A stretch of 48,385 nt of DNA from a virus (taxonomy: Duplodnaviria > Caudoviricetes): IMG/VR virus record IMGVR_UViG_3300025099_000035, positions 1-48,385 of that record; one strand, given 5' to 3'. Shown here piece after piece: positions 18,807 through 27,090 of the stretch. Position 1 is the stretch's first letter; every line of letters begins with the position of its first letter. The notes under the pieces are model-generated. The model was not told the origin of the DNA and did not search any database. It saw only the letters and a program-made list of their open reading frames with translations. The translations under genes were made by a program, and so were the position numbers.

Positions 18807-18849
18807 AAAAAAAGAGCCTTCGACAATTGATTTTGTTGGAGGCTTTTTT
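18807..18849 (+). terminator. Intrinsic terminator
   Basis: AGCCTTCGACAA/TTGTTGGAGGCT stem followed by a T-run and preceded by an A-run. Confidence 0.8.
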
Positions 18850-18905
18850 GTTGTTATTAATATCTTTATTTCGCTGATTAAATTTATAAAGGAAAAGGAA
18901 AGGTT

Positions 18906-19145
18906 ATGCAATTACTAACAGATGACCTAAAGGAAAAGTATGACTTGGAAAAGGAAACGCTTCCTGATGGTAGGATAAAGATAATGCTTTCACCAAAGCA
19001 TATTAAATGTCATGGCTGTTCAGCTAAGGTAGAGTTTGCTGGTGCGAACTTGCTTGTATGGACAGATAAAGACAACTATAAAAGAGAGGCACGATTCTGT
19101 AGGTCGTGCAAATTTGAACTGAAAGAAATGGGTTATTTTAAATAA
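18906..19145 (+). CDS. Zinc-finger hypothetical protein
   Basis: CHGC...CRSC. Confidence 0.65.
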   Translation: MQLLTDDLKEKYDLEKETLPDGRIKIMLSPKHIKCHGCSAKVEFAGANLLVWTDKDNYKREARFCRSCKFELKEMGYFK

Positions 19146-19161
19146 TAAGGAGGAACAGTAA

Positions 19162-19341
19162 ATGCAAGTACTTGAAATAAATAATGGACTGTGTGTGGTC
19201 TGTAATGATAAAAGGTATATGCCTTATGCATCCACCTGTAAAAAGTGTTATGATACTACCAAGAATCCTGTAATAACTGTATTAACAGATATTGCAAGTA
19301 AAAAAGCTAATGACGATTTGAAATTAGGAAAGGAACAGTAA
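19162..19341 (+). CDS. Small zinc-finger protein, 59 aa
   Basis: Hand translation MQVLEINNGLCVVCNDKRYMPYASTCKKCY...; AGGAGG SD. Confidence 0.65.
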   Translation: MQVLEINNGLCVVCNDKRYMPYASTCKKCYDTTKNPVITVLTDIASKKANDDLKLGKEQ

Positions 19342-19605
19342 ATGGCAAAAGAATATGAAATGAAAAGCAACTGCCCAAAGGTATTAATGCTAAGAAGCGT
19401 AGAGGTGGCTATTGATGAAGAAGGCTGGTTTTATGAACTGGAAAGGCAAGGCAATGGTTACAGGGCATTATTGCATCACGAACCAATGAATAATATAGAA
19501 GATACTGTTGTTGAATGGTTTGATGAACTTGATAACTATGACCTGATGAGATTAACAATGTGGGTGTATATGTATGAAATAAGTACACCATACAATTTTA
19601 GATAA
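19342..19605 (+). CDS. Hypothetical early protein
   Basis: 87 aa; SD; abuts the upstream stop. Confidence 0.65.
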   Translation: MAKEYEMKSNCPKVLMLRSVEVAIDEEGWFYELERQGNGYRALLHHEPMNNIEDTVVEWFDELDNYDLMRLTMWVYMYEISTPYNFR

Positions 19606-19622
19606 CAAGGAGAAACAGTAAG

Positions 19623-19940
19623 ATGGAAATAACTAATAAAAGGGTTTTAAGAAAACCCAATTGGACTGCAAAAGAAGGTGAGATGCCTGATAGAGCAAAG
19701 GTAAGAGCCTGTACAGATATGGCAAAGTGGATGAATATACTTGTTGAACAGTGTGAAGATGAAGGAAGGCTGTTTGTTGGACTAACATCTTGCCATACAT
19801 CTACAGACTATACTGAAGGTGATATATCGATGCAAATACAAATAGAAGATGTGCCTGTATTAATAGATGCAATGCAACAGGCATATAAAGACCAAGTAAT
19901 CAAACAACACCAAAGAAAATGGAGCAATAATAATGAGTAA
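19623..19940 (+). CDS. Hypothetical early protein
   Basis: 105 aa; AAGGAG SD. Confidence 0.65.
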   Translation: MEITNKRVLRKPNWTAKEGEMPDRAKVRACTDMAKWMNILVEQCEDEGRLFVGLTSCHTSTDYTEGDISMQIQIEDVPVLIDAMQQAYKDQVIKQHQRKWSNNNE

Positions 19941-20127
19941 TAATAAAACAGAAATACCAAAACAGAAAACAACAAGACTGTTTGCACCTTTCATGAACAT
20001 AGAGCATCAGCAGGCTGTATTGGATGATGTATTAAAGGTAATACCACCACATCACCAACATAGACTGTTCTTGTTTTTAGGAATGATGGATTCAACAATA
20101 GCAGAGGGGTACTCAGATGACAACTAA
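19933..20127 (+). CDS. Hypothetical early protein
   Basis: 64 aa; GGAG SD; overlaps neighbours. Confidence 0.6.
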   Translation: MSNNKTEIPKQKTTRLFAPFMNIEHQQAVLDDVLKVIPPHHQHRLFLFLGMMDSTIAEGYSDDN

Positions 20128-20320
20128 AGATTTAGTAGCATTTATAGAAGAACTTCATCAGGACTGTGTTGATTTACTGATAGAGGCTAAAGAAGAATTG
20201 GGAGAACCAACAGATAATGATGCTTATGTTTCATCAATACATGCTTATATCGAAGGGCAGTCATCAGGCATTCGTAAAGTTTTAGAATATATAAAGGAGA
20301 ATAATAATGACAACAGTTGA
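20117..20320 (+). CDS. Hypothetical early protein
   Basis: 67 aa acidic, helical; GAGG SD. Confidence 0.6.
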   Translation: MTTKDLVAFIEELHQDCVDLLIEAKEELGEPTDNDAYVSSIHAYIEGQSSGIRKVLEYIKENNNDNS

Positions 20321-20591
20321 ACTAAAAAAACCAGTAGAGATTGATGAGGACTGTCAATTTATGGCTGACCTTACAACACTACCTGATGATATCAGAAACT
20401 ATAACATGGGCATATGGAATTTAATTTGCTCAATTAGGGACTTGAAGCTGTTCTGTAAGGGCATCAAGCCCAATAGACACTGGAAGTTTGCACCTGTAAA
20501 GAAATACTTTGGTATGACAGGCAATAAAGAAACAATGTTAGCCAAATTGGAACTGTTAAAAGAAACACTTGATGGAGGAGACAATGACTAA
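20307..20591 (+). CDS. Hypothetical early protein
   Basis: 94 aa; AAGGAG SD. Confidence 0.65.
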   Translation: MTTVELKKPVEIDEDCQFMADLTTLPDDIRNYNMGIWNLICSIRDLKLFCKGIKPNRHWKFAPVKKYFGMTGNKETMLAKLELLKETLDGGDND

Positions 20592-20988
20592 ACTTGAACT
20601 ATTAGAAGATACTGTAAAGTATTACTCAGAAGATACAAGTAGACGAGCAGTAGTAAAGCTAAAAAGTGGTGCTACTGAATGTATGTATACCACAGATGAT
20701 GGACAACATTGTGCTGTTGGAAGGTGGCTGCAACCAAGCTATCAAAATACTGGTTGGACTGATAACGATAAATGCTCTGCTGATGACTTGCTAAATGGTT
20801 GCAATGTTAACGACTATAGATATGAAGCAGATGACCTGTTTGTGGAAGGAGTGCGACACATTCCAGCGTGGTTTTGGATGGACTTACAGCAACTACACGA
20901 CAATAATGTCTTTTGGGATAAAGACGGACTAACAGAAGCAGGTGTTGAGAAGGTTGATGAACTTAGAGAAGACATAACAGGAGAATAA
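20584..20988 (+). CDS. Conserved-type phage hypothetical protein (CMY...CAVG...LQQLHD)
   Basis: Likely ATG at 20584 after GGAGG; motif pattern familiar from phage early genes. Confidence 0.65.
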   Translation: MTKLELLEDTVKYYSEDTSRRAVVKLKSGATECMYTTDDGQHCAVGRWLQPSYQNTGWTDNDKCSADDLLNGCNVNDYRYEADDLFVEGVRHIPAWFWMDLQQLHDNNVFWDKDGLTEAGVEKVDELREDITGE

Positions 20989-20991
20989 CAG

Positions 20992-21156
20992 ATGAAAATA
21001 AGAATAACTAAAAAACAAGCTGATTATTTATTGATGGCTATTGAATACTATTCAAATGATATACATCCACCAGACAAAGAAGAAGCTGAAATAATTTCAT
21101 CATTAATAAATATCAATAATGACTATAATCACTTAGAAGGAGAACCCAACAGATGA
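20992..21156 (+). CDS. Small hypothetical protein, 54 aa
   Basis: Hand translation MKIRITKKQADYLLMAIEYYSND...; AGGAG SD; ATGA overlap with the next gene. Confidence 0.6.
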   Translation: MKIRITKKQADYLLMAIEYYSNDIHPPDKEEAEIISSLININNDYNHLEGEPNR

Positions 21157-21464
21157 AAGAGACAGTAACAGTATATCGCTTTTTACATATATTTAAAGGC
21201 AGTAATACTTATCAAAATCATTTCAGCCACGACGGACTAATTGCTCTGTTTGAATACTTTGAGGAACTTGAAGATGACTGTGGTGAGGAGTTTGAGTTTG
21301 ATATGATAGGAATCTGTGGTGAATATACAGAATATGACAGCCTTGAGGACTTCAATGCTGATTATAGTAGTGATAATAAAGTATATACGCTTGATGACAT
21401 CAGAGAAGAAACTATGGTCATTGAGATACCTTGTACAGAACGATTCATTATAGGAGTGTTTTAA
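21153..21464 (+). CDS. Highly acidic early protein
   Basis: FSHDGLIALFEYFEELEDDCGEEFEFD pattern; AGGAG SD. Confidence 0.7.
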   Translation: MKETVTVYRFLHIFKGSNTYQNHFSHDGLIALFEYFEELEDDCGEEFEFDMIGICGEYTEYDSLEDFNADYSSDNKVYTLDDIREETMVIEIPCTERFIIGVF

Positions 21465-22180
21465 TGATGTTTTACTGTTATAAAATTACAAATACTGTTA
21501 ATGATAAAGTTTATATTGGTATAACAAATAATCCTGATAGGCGATGGGCAGACCACACTAAATATAAATGTAAGCATGCAGGTTCTGATAGACCATTATA
21601 TAGGGCAATCAATAAATATTCTTCTGATAACTTTAAGATGGATATATTGACAGAAAAAAATACTTGGGATGAAGTCTGTAAGGATGAAGTGCATTATATA
21701 AAAGAATATGACTCATTCCATACTTCCAGAAAAGGGTATAATCTTACTCTTGGAGGTCAAGGATGCAGAGGCTTAAAGATGTCAAAGAGTACAAAAAAGA
21801 AACTGAGCAAAATTAATAAAACCTTAAGACAGGATAAGTATTTGCACGAATATTATAGAAAGAACCCTGAAATGAGAAGTATACAACAGAAAAAAGTTAT
21901 GGCAGACCCTAAAATAAGAAAGAACTTAAGTGATGCTGCTACAAAACAAATGTCTAACCCTGAAAATAGAGAGCTAAGTAGACAGGGAGCATTAAAACAA
22001 TGGCAAAATCCTGAATATGTAAAATCACGAACAGGAAGCAATCATCCAATGGCAAGAGCTGTGATGTTCTATGGTAAAAAATATGGCTCTATTACAGAAG
22101 TAGCTCGTGAATATGGCAAATCAACAGGGTTTCCAGTATGCCGTATGAAGAAATATCCAACTGAATGTTACTATTTATAA
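21464..22180 (+). CDS. Free-standing GIY-YIG homing endonuclease (Seg-like)
   Basis: CYKITNTVNDKVYIGIT, RRWADH, catalytic-type E in DEVHYIK, GYNLTLGG, NUMOD3-like MSKSTKKKLS; likely start 21464 or 21467. Confidence 0.85.
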   Translation: MMFYCYKITNTVNDKVYIGITNNPDRRWADHTKYKCKHAGSDRPLYRAINKYSSDNFKMDILTEKNTWDEVCKDEVHYIKEYDSFHTSRKGYNLTLGGQGCRGLKMSKSTKKKLSKINKTLRQDKYLHEYYRKNPEMRSIQQKKVMADPKIRKNLSDAATKQMSNPENRELSRQGALKQWQNPEYVKSRTGSNHPMARAVMFYGKKYGSITEVAREYGKSTGFPVCRMKKYPTECYYL

Positions 22181-22196
22181 ATAAAAAAGGAGAATA

Positions 22197-22460
22197 ATGA
22201 ATGATAAATGGATGAGTGCAGAAGCCTTTACAGATAGAGTAGAAGAAATCTATGATAAGCTTTCAGAGAGATGGGAGAATGTACATCCCTGTGATGTAAA
22301 TCATGGGTTCTTTTACTGTTGCGACCATGGAGATAGACACATGAGGATTCGTGTATGTGATGGCTGTGGTGATGACCTGTATCCAATAGGACTTACACCA
22401 AAAGGATTCAATTGTTATGAATGTGATTTTAAATACAAAGAGACAGGAGAAATAATATGA
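22197..22460 (+). CDS. Cys-rich hypothetical protein
   Basis: CDGC...CYEC; AAGGAG SD. Confidence 0.65.
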   Translation: MNDKWMSAEAFTDRVEEIYDKLSERWENVHPCDVNHGFFYCCDHGDRHMRIRVCDGCGDDLYPIGLTPKGFNCYECDFKYKETGEII

Positions 22461-22564
22461 CAACAATAATAATAAGAATAACAGTTTATATGCTGTTGGC
22501 GATATTCAGCTTAATATCATTATATATGCTGATGGAACTTGTGGATTGGTGGTTGAGCAGATGA
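22457..22564 (+). CDS. 35-aa hydrophobic membrane peptide
   Basis: MTTIIIRITVYMLLAIFSLISLYMLMELVDWWLSR; AGGAG SD; ATGA overlaps at both ends. Confidence 0.55.
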   Translation: MTTIIIRITVYMLLAIFSLISLYMLMELVDWWLSR

Positions 22565-22737
22565 GCAAATTTGACCCACAGGATATAAAGATAAATGAGC
22601 TTGAAAGAGCTTTGAACTTAGAGATGATAAAAAACTGTATAATGCAGAGTGCATTGCAGCACATTGCATCTGACACAGAAGAACACAGACAGGCTGTTGC
22701 ACAAGAAACACTTGAAGCAATAGCTGTTGCTAAATAA
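22561..22737 (+). CDS. Small hypothetical protein
   Basis: ATG 22561 coupled to the upstream stop; helical. Confidence 0.55.
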   Translation: MSKFDPQDIKINELERALNLEMIKNCIMQSALQHIASDTEEHRQAVAQETLEAIAVAK

Positions 22738-22760
22738 CAATAACAAAAGGAGTAATACAA

Positions 22761-23141
22761 ATGGAACATAGTAGCAATATAGTAAGAGAAGTAGCAAACC
22801 TGTTTGAAAGAGCAGAGAATCAGGCAAATACAATAGATTCCCAAAAAGATAGACTTATTGAACTTCAAAAACAGCTTGAAACTAAGTATAGCACAGAGAC
22901 ACATATACTTATTAAAAGAGAAACACTTCAAGACTTAAGTATGGACTTTGATGAACTTGCTGATGGGTTTCAACAGCTTGAGAATAACCTTGAGGATATA
23001 GGAAACTATGCTAATGATATAGTTAGTGATTCAGAGTATAATGATGCAGGAACTTTGAGAGACACTGCAAGAGACTGTATATCTAAAATTGAAGATATAC
23101 TTGACCCTATGCCTGAAGAAGAAACAGAGGAGACAGAATAA
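22761..23141 (+). CDS. Acidic coiled-coil protein
   Basis: 126 aa D/E-rich; AAGGAG SD. Confidence 0.65.
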   Translation: MEHSSNIVREVANLFERAENQANTIDSQKDRLIELQKQLETKYSTETHILIKRETLQDLSMDFDELADGFQQLENNLEDIGNYANDIVSDSEYNDAGTLRDTARDCISKIEDILDPMPEEETEETE

Positions 23142-23638
23142 TGGGAATGGATGTACATGGATTGAATCCAATAATACGCAAAAAGCCTACAAGTGAAATA
23201 CTTGAACAGGATTGGACTAAGCTATCAGAAGATGACTTAGGAAAATACTTTGAGGCTAAACAGCAACATGAAGAAGATAACCCAGGAATATACTTCAGAA
23301 ACAATGTATGGTGGTGGAGACCTCTGTGGGATTATGTGTGGACACTCTGTGGAGAATGTGATGAAGACGATAGATTTGCTTTAGCTGCAGATAGAGTCAT
23401 CACACAAGAACAGTACGAAGAAGGGCATATGAATAGTGGTGCTCAGATAGGCGTGCATCAGGCAGAGCTCATTGCTCTTCGACTGAATCATGCAATCAAG
23501 ATGGGTTGGGTTGATGACTACAAGAAGCAATATGAGACAGACACAAAGGATGCTGAGTTTCAATATCCATTTGATGTCGAGAATGTCCAAGCCTTTGCTG
23601 ACTTTTGCCATGACTCAGGAGGCTTTGAAATATGTTAA
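23141..23638 (+). CDS. Conserved-type phage protein (MGMDV...YFRNNVWWWRPLW...SGGFEIC)
   Basis: Distinctive motifs; TAATG coupling. Confidence 0.7.
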   Translation: MGMDVHGLNPIIRKKPTSEILEQDWTKLSEDDLGKYFEAKQQHEEDNPGIYFRNNVWWWRPLWDYVWTLCGECDEDDRFALAADRVITQEQYEEGHMNSGAQIGVHQAELIALRLNHAIKMGWVDDYKKQYETDTKDAEFQYPFDVENVQAFADFCHDSGGFEIC

Positions 23639-23721
23639 TGATACTCATACAGGCTTTCTTGGGTATAGTTATATTGATGTCATTTATAGACATAATATAC
23701 AGAGCATGGAAGGGTAAATAA
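23638..23721 (+). CDS. 27-aa hydrophobic peptide
   Basis: MILIQAFLGIVILMSFIDIIYRAWKGK; TAATG coupling; fills the gap exactly. Confidence 0.45.
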   Translation: MILIQAFLGIVILMSFIDIIYRAWKGK

Positions 23722-23722
23722 C

Positions 23723-23962
23723 ATGGCATACATGGTGAAGTACCAAATAGACACAAACACATATCAGATTAAACATGCAAACGCCTGTGAGCATTGCAAA
23801 CATAAGACGGGCAACAGTTTAGCTGTTATGAAAGTAGTGTTAAATGACGATGGTGATACAGAGTATTCTCTTAAGTTTAAAGAGATGGTATCACTATCAC
23901 AACTAAAAACTCTCGTTACATATCTTGATACATATGTAGCAGAGGTAATCGAAATAAGATAA
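23723..23962 (+). CDS. Hypothetical protein
   Basis: 79 aa; HxxxCxxC. Confidence 0.55.
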   Translation: MAYMVKYQIDTNTYQIKHANACEHCKHKTGNSLAVMKVVLNDDGDTEYSLKFKEMVSLSQLKTLVTYLDTYVAEVIEIR

Positions 23963-23983
23963 CAATAAAAAAAGGAGTTCAGA

Positions 23984-24793
23984 ATGAACACAATAGTAAA
24001 AACCAACAATAAAGTTAATACTTCTCGATATGAAGGAGAATCAACAGAACAATCAAAAAGAGTTCGTAGTGGATGCACTAAGGACTATAGTAGGTTCATA
24101 ATACCAAAACATCAGAGAAAACATAATAATACAAATATGAAGTCAATCATAGCAAGTATACAGAAACATGGAGTTATATCATCCATTGCTACAAGACCTT
24201 CAACAGAGTATCCAGATAAACTTGAAGTATGGGATGGGCAACACACCTTGTCAGCCTGTAAGATACTAGGAGTTCCTGTAAATTATGACGTGTGGATTGG
24301 AATAACCAACAGAGCCATTATTGCAATCAATGGTGATACTGGTAAGGGTTGGGGACTTCTTGATTATCTGAAGTATGGGGTAGATGATAACCTTGAAGAT
24401 TACAAATTCATTGACAAAATATACAGAAAATATAATATGGAAATCAAACTAACAGGACTTCTTGTTTTGTTTGGTGGTGCATACAGCAACAATTCATTCA
24501 AAAAGCTTAAGTGGAAAGCATTATCTAAAGAACATGGCTTTGAGGTTCTTTCTTATGCTAAAGACCTTGCTAAACTGTACAATGTTGAGCATTGGTATCA
24601 CGTAAGATTCTTATGGGGATATTCTGATTGCGTAAAAACAGGGAAATATGACCATAAACGAATGTTGGCTCAAATGGAAAAATGTTCAGGATATCTTACT
24701 AAACAAGGAGACCCTGGAGAATATGCCAAAAATATTGAGATGGTATATAACTATAATGTCAATAGCAAAAACAAAGTACAATTCGTACAATAA
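23984..24793 (+). CDS. ParB/Srx N-terminal-domain protein
   Basis: IIASIQKHGVISSI...EVWDGQHTLSACKILG. Confidence 0.7.
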   Translation: MNTIVKTNNKVNTSRYEGESTEQSKRVRSGCTKDYSRFIIPKHQRKHNNTNMKSIIASIQKHGVISSIATRPSTEYPDKLEVWDGQHTLSACKILGVPVNYDVWIGITNRAIIAINGDTGKGWGLLDYLKYGVDDNLEDYKFIDKIYRKYNMEIKLTGLLVLFGGAYSNNSFKKLKWKALSKEHGFEVLSYAKDLAKLYNVEHWYHVRFLWGYSDCVKTGKYDHKRMLAQMEKCSGYLTKQGDPGEYAKNIEMVYNYNVNSKNKVQFVQ

Positions 24794-24803
24794 TAAAACA
24801 ACA

Positions 24804-24831
24804 GAAATGGGGGGAGCAATCCCCCTGTTTC
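24804..24831 (+). terminator. GC-rich hairpin with GCAA tetraloop
   Basis: GAAATGGGGGGA-GCAA-TCCCCCTGTTTC, 12-bp stem; no long U-tract. Confidence 0.55.
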
Positions 24832-24846
24832 AACCAAGGAGACAAA

Positions 24847-25452
24847 ATGAATCAATTAGCATGGAGTGTAATGTCTGGGAAAATGGAAGGAATCCCAGCT
24901 TTAAATACTGACACAACAACAAATAAGTTCTGTATAGCAAAATCCAAAGACAAAGACTCAATCTGTAGTGAGTGCTATTCATGGAATATGCTAAAAACAT
25001 TCAGAAAAAATGCTGTTCCAAGATTTAAAATGAACAGTGATATACTCTCCAGCCGAGTGCTGGACATGAATGAATTGGTGCGTCCCAAAGGTAATAACGT
25101 AAGATTCAACGCACATGGTGAACTAATCAATACAAATCACGTCCAAAACCTAGTGAATTACGCACTTTTTTACCCAAAGGTAAGCTTTACCCTATGGACA
25201 AAGAAAAAGGGGCTTATTCAATCGTTTTTCAATAAGCATAAAAAACCTGATAACTTGATACTGATTTACAGCAATGAGATAGTTGGTACTGTTTATAAGT
25301 CTGTACCACAGTATTTTGATAAGGTTTTCAACGTAGTCTCACAAGAAAATAGCGGGGAATTTAAAGTAAATTGTGATGCAAAATGCATTGATTGTATGAT
25401 GTGTTATAATGTCAATGACACTACAAAACAAATCATTGAGAAAATAAAATAA
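24847..25452 (+). CDS. GP88-like Cys-rich (Fe-S/radical-SAM-related) protein
   Basis: SGKM, C-x10-CSECY, VRFNAHGE, LWTK, C-terminal CxxxCxxCxxC. Confidence 0.65.
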   Translation: MNQLAWSVMSGKMEGIPALNTDTTTNKFCIAKSKDKDSICSECYSWNMLKTFRKNAVPRFKMNSDILSSRVLDMNELVRPKGNNVRFNAHGELINTNHVQNLVNYALFYPKVSFTLWTKKKGLIQSFFNKHKKPDNLILIYSNEIVGTVYKSVPQYFDKVFNVVSQENSGEFKVNCDAKCIDCMMCYNVNDTTKQIIEKIK

Positions 25453-25468
25453 ATACTATAAAAATATA

Positions 25469-25497
25469 TTGCGTATGAAATATAATGTATGTAATTT
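25469..25497 (+). promoter_or_regulatory. Putative promoter of the recombination/replication operon
   Basis: TTGCGT-17 nt-TAATTT in an AT-rich gap. Confidence 0.5.
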
Positions 25498-25521
25498 AAC
25501 TAATCATATACGGAGAATATA

Positions 25522-25671
25522 ATGATAAAAGAAAAGAAGACGACCAAAACATTTTTGGTAAGGGAAATCCCTGCTGAGCAGTGGGAACAGTTTAAAATAA
25601 AGTCAATACAAAAAGGCACTACCTGTAACAAGGCTTTTTTAACCCTGATTGATAAGTACTGTAAGGTATGA
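25522..25671 (+). CDS. Ribbon-helix-helix (Arc-like) regulator, 49 aa
   Basis: MIKEKKTTKTFLVREIPAEQWEQFKIKSIQKGTTCNKAFLTLIDKYCKV; GGAG SD; ATGA overlap with the nuclease gene. Confidence 0.7.
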   Translation: MIKEKKTTKTFLVREIPAEQWEQFKIKSIQKGTTCNKAFLTLIDKYCKV

Positions 25672-26507
25672 AAAATGATGTAAATCCATTCAATATTGAT
25701 AAGCTTTATTCTGATTTTATTGATAGGAAAAATGAAGAAAACTATGAGGAAAGGTATACCAATAATGAAGGTTGGTATAAAGCTTCATCAGCAGGTTTCT
25801 GTTCAAGAAAGCTTTACTATGAATCTGTGTTGAAACTTGAACCTACAAACAAGCCAAGTGATGAGTCCTTAATGAAAATGAGGCTTGGTACAGTGTTTCA
25901 TGATGAGCTTCAAGGTGCTTTGAAAGATACTGATGACCTATCTATATATTATAGAAGTATATATAATATAGAAGATACTATATCTATAGATAACAAAGAA
26001 AAAGAAAAGTATATTTCAGAAAAAGAAAGTTGGAAAGTTCACGTTGAAGGAAATATTGAGTTATCAGACTTAAATGTTAGAGGTCATTATGATGTGGTCT
26101 TTGAAGGTGATAAGGTGTTCCTGTACGATATCAAGACTATAGGGGCATATCCTTGGAAACTTCGATTTGGAAGAGATAGAAAACCACAACATCGTGCCTA
26201 CCCTCTACAGCTTGGAACTTATGCACTTGGCATCGAGGAAGAGTTTGGTAGGATTGATGGGATGTATCTGTACTTTTACAACAAGGATACGTCTAAGACC
26301 AAAACTACAGAAGTGCCTATGATTGAGAAATCAAAAGCCTATATGTATTGGGAGGCTGTTAACGAGGAACACGCAAAGGGATTGCCTAAAATGGAACTTG
26401 GTCAATCACCTGAAAAAGCTTGGGCATGTGGGTACTGCCCATTTAGAGATGAGTGTAAGCCTGATGCTTACATTGAACACATGAAAAAAAGAGGGGCATG
26501 GTATTAA
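25668..26507 (+). CDS. Cas4-like PD-(D/E)XK exonuclease
   Basis: FCSRK, GTVFH, GHYD, YDIKT, QLGTY, CGYCPFRDEC (four Fe-S cysteines). Confidence 0.85.
   Translation: MKNDVNPFNIDKLYSDFIDRKNEENYEERYTNNEGWYKASSAGFCSRKLYYESVLKLEPTNKPSDESLMKMRLGTVFHDELQGALKDTDDLSIYYRSIYNIEDTISIDNKEKEKYISEKESWKVHVEGNIELSDLNVRGHYDVVFEGDKVFLYDIKTIGAYPWKLRFGRDRKPQHRAYPLQLGTYALGIEEEFGRIDGMYLYFYNKDTSKTKTTEVPMIEKSKAYMYWEAVNEEHAKGLPKMELGQSPEKAWACGYCPFRDECKPDAYIEHMKKRGAWY
25938..26010. repeat. Iteron-like TATAGA element embedded in the exonuclease gene
   Basis: TATAGAAG at 25950 and 25967; TATATCTATAGATAAC at 25979-25994 identical to 17626-17641; AAAAGAAAAGT follows in both copies. Confidence 0.7.
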
Positions 26508-26508
26508 C

Positions 26509-27090
26509 ATGGCTAATACGAAAAAAGAACACTACTTTGAGGTTTTGCGTAAGCATAACGTATCAAAGCATATGGAACAAAAAGGGCAGTTCAATTATCT
26601 TAGTTGGGCATATGCCGTAGAAGAGTTAAGGAAACTAAAACCTGATGCAACATGGAGAGTTGTAAAAGATGAGAATGGATATCCATACACATCAACTCCA
26701 GCAGGGCATTTTGTGGAGGTAGAGGTTACAGTTGATGATATATCACTATCACAAATACACCCCGTCCTTGACCATAGGAATCAAACAATAGAGCAACCAA
26801 ATGCTTTTCAAATAAATACATCAATTCAAAGATGTTTAGCAAAAGCAATTGCATTGCATGGGTTGGGTCTGTATATATTTCGAGGTGAGGATTTACCCGA
26901 AGTTGACCCATTGAATGATAAACAACTTGAAGAGATAGATTCTCTATTAAGACAAATTGAGGATGATGCATTTACAGAGCTTGTAAATAGTAGGATAGAT
27001 TCAAACTCAATAAATCAAGGTAATTTTAGCACGGCTGTTGCTAAATTAGAAAGTAAACTAAATAGCATAAAGGAAGTAACAAATGAGTAA
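26509..27090 (+). CDS. sak: Sak-type (DUF1071, Rad52-like) single-strand annealing protein
   Basis: YLSWAYA, PVLDHRN, INTSIQRCLAKAIALHGLGLYIFRGEDLP. Confidence 0.88.
   Translation: MANTKKEHYFEVLRKHNVSKHMEQKGQFNYLSWAYAVEELRKLKPDATWRVVKDENGYPYTSTPAGHFVEVEVTVDDISLSQIHPVLDHRNQTIEQPNAFQINTSIQRCLAKAIALHGLGLYIFRGEDLPEVDPLNDKQLEEIDSLLRQIEDDAFTELVNSRIDSNSINQGNFSTAVAKLESKLNSIKEVTNE

Noticed and set aside
21431-22196. Group I intron around the GIY-YIG gene
   Set aside because: Flanking genes are complete and abut the ORF, leaving no room for intron core structure.
25668-26507. CRISPR-Cas system suggested by the Cas4-like gene
   Set aside because: No repeat-spacer array or other cas genes seen; the exonuclease-Sak-SSB context indicates a recombination nuclease.
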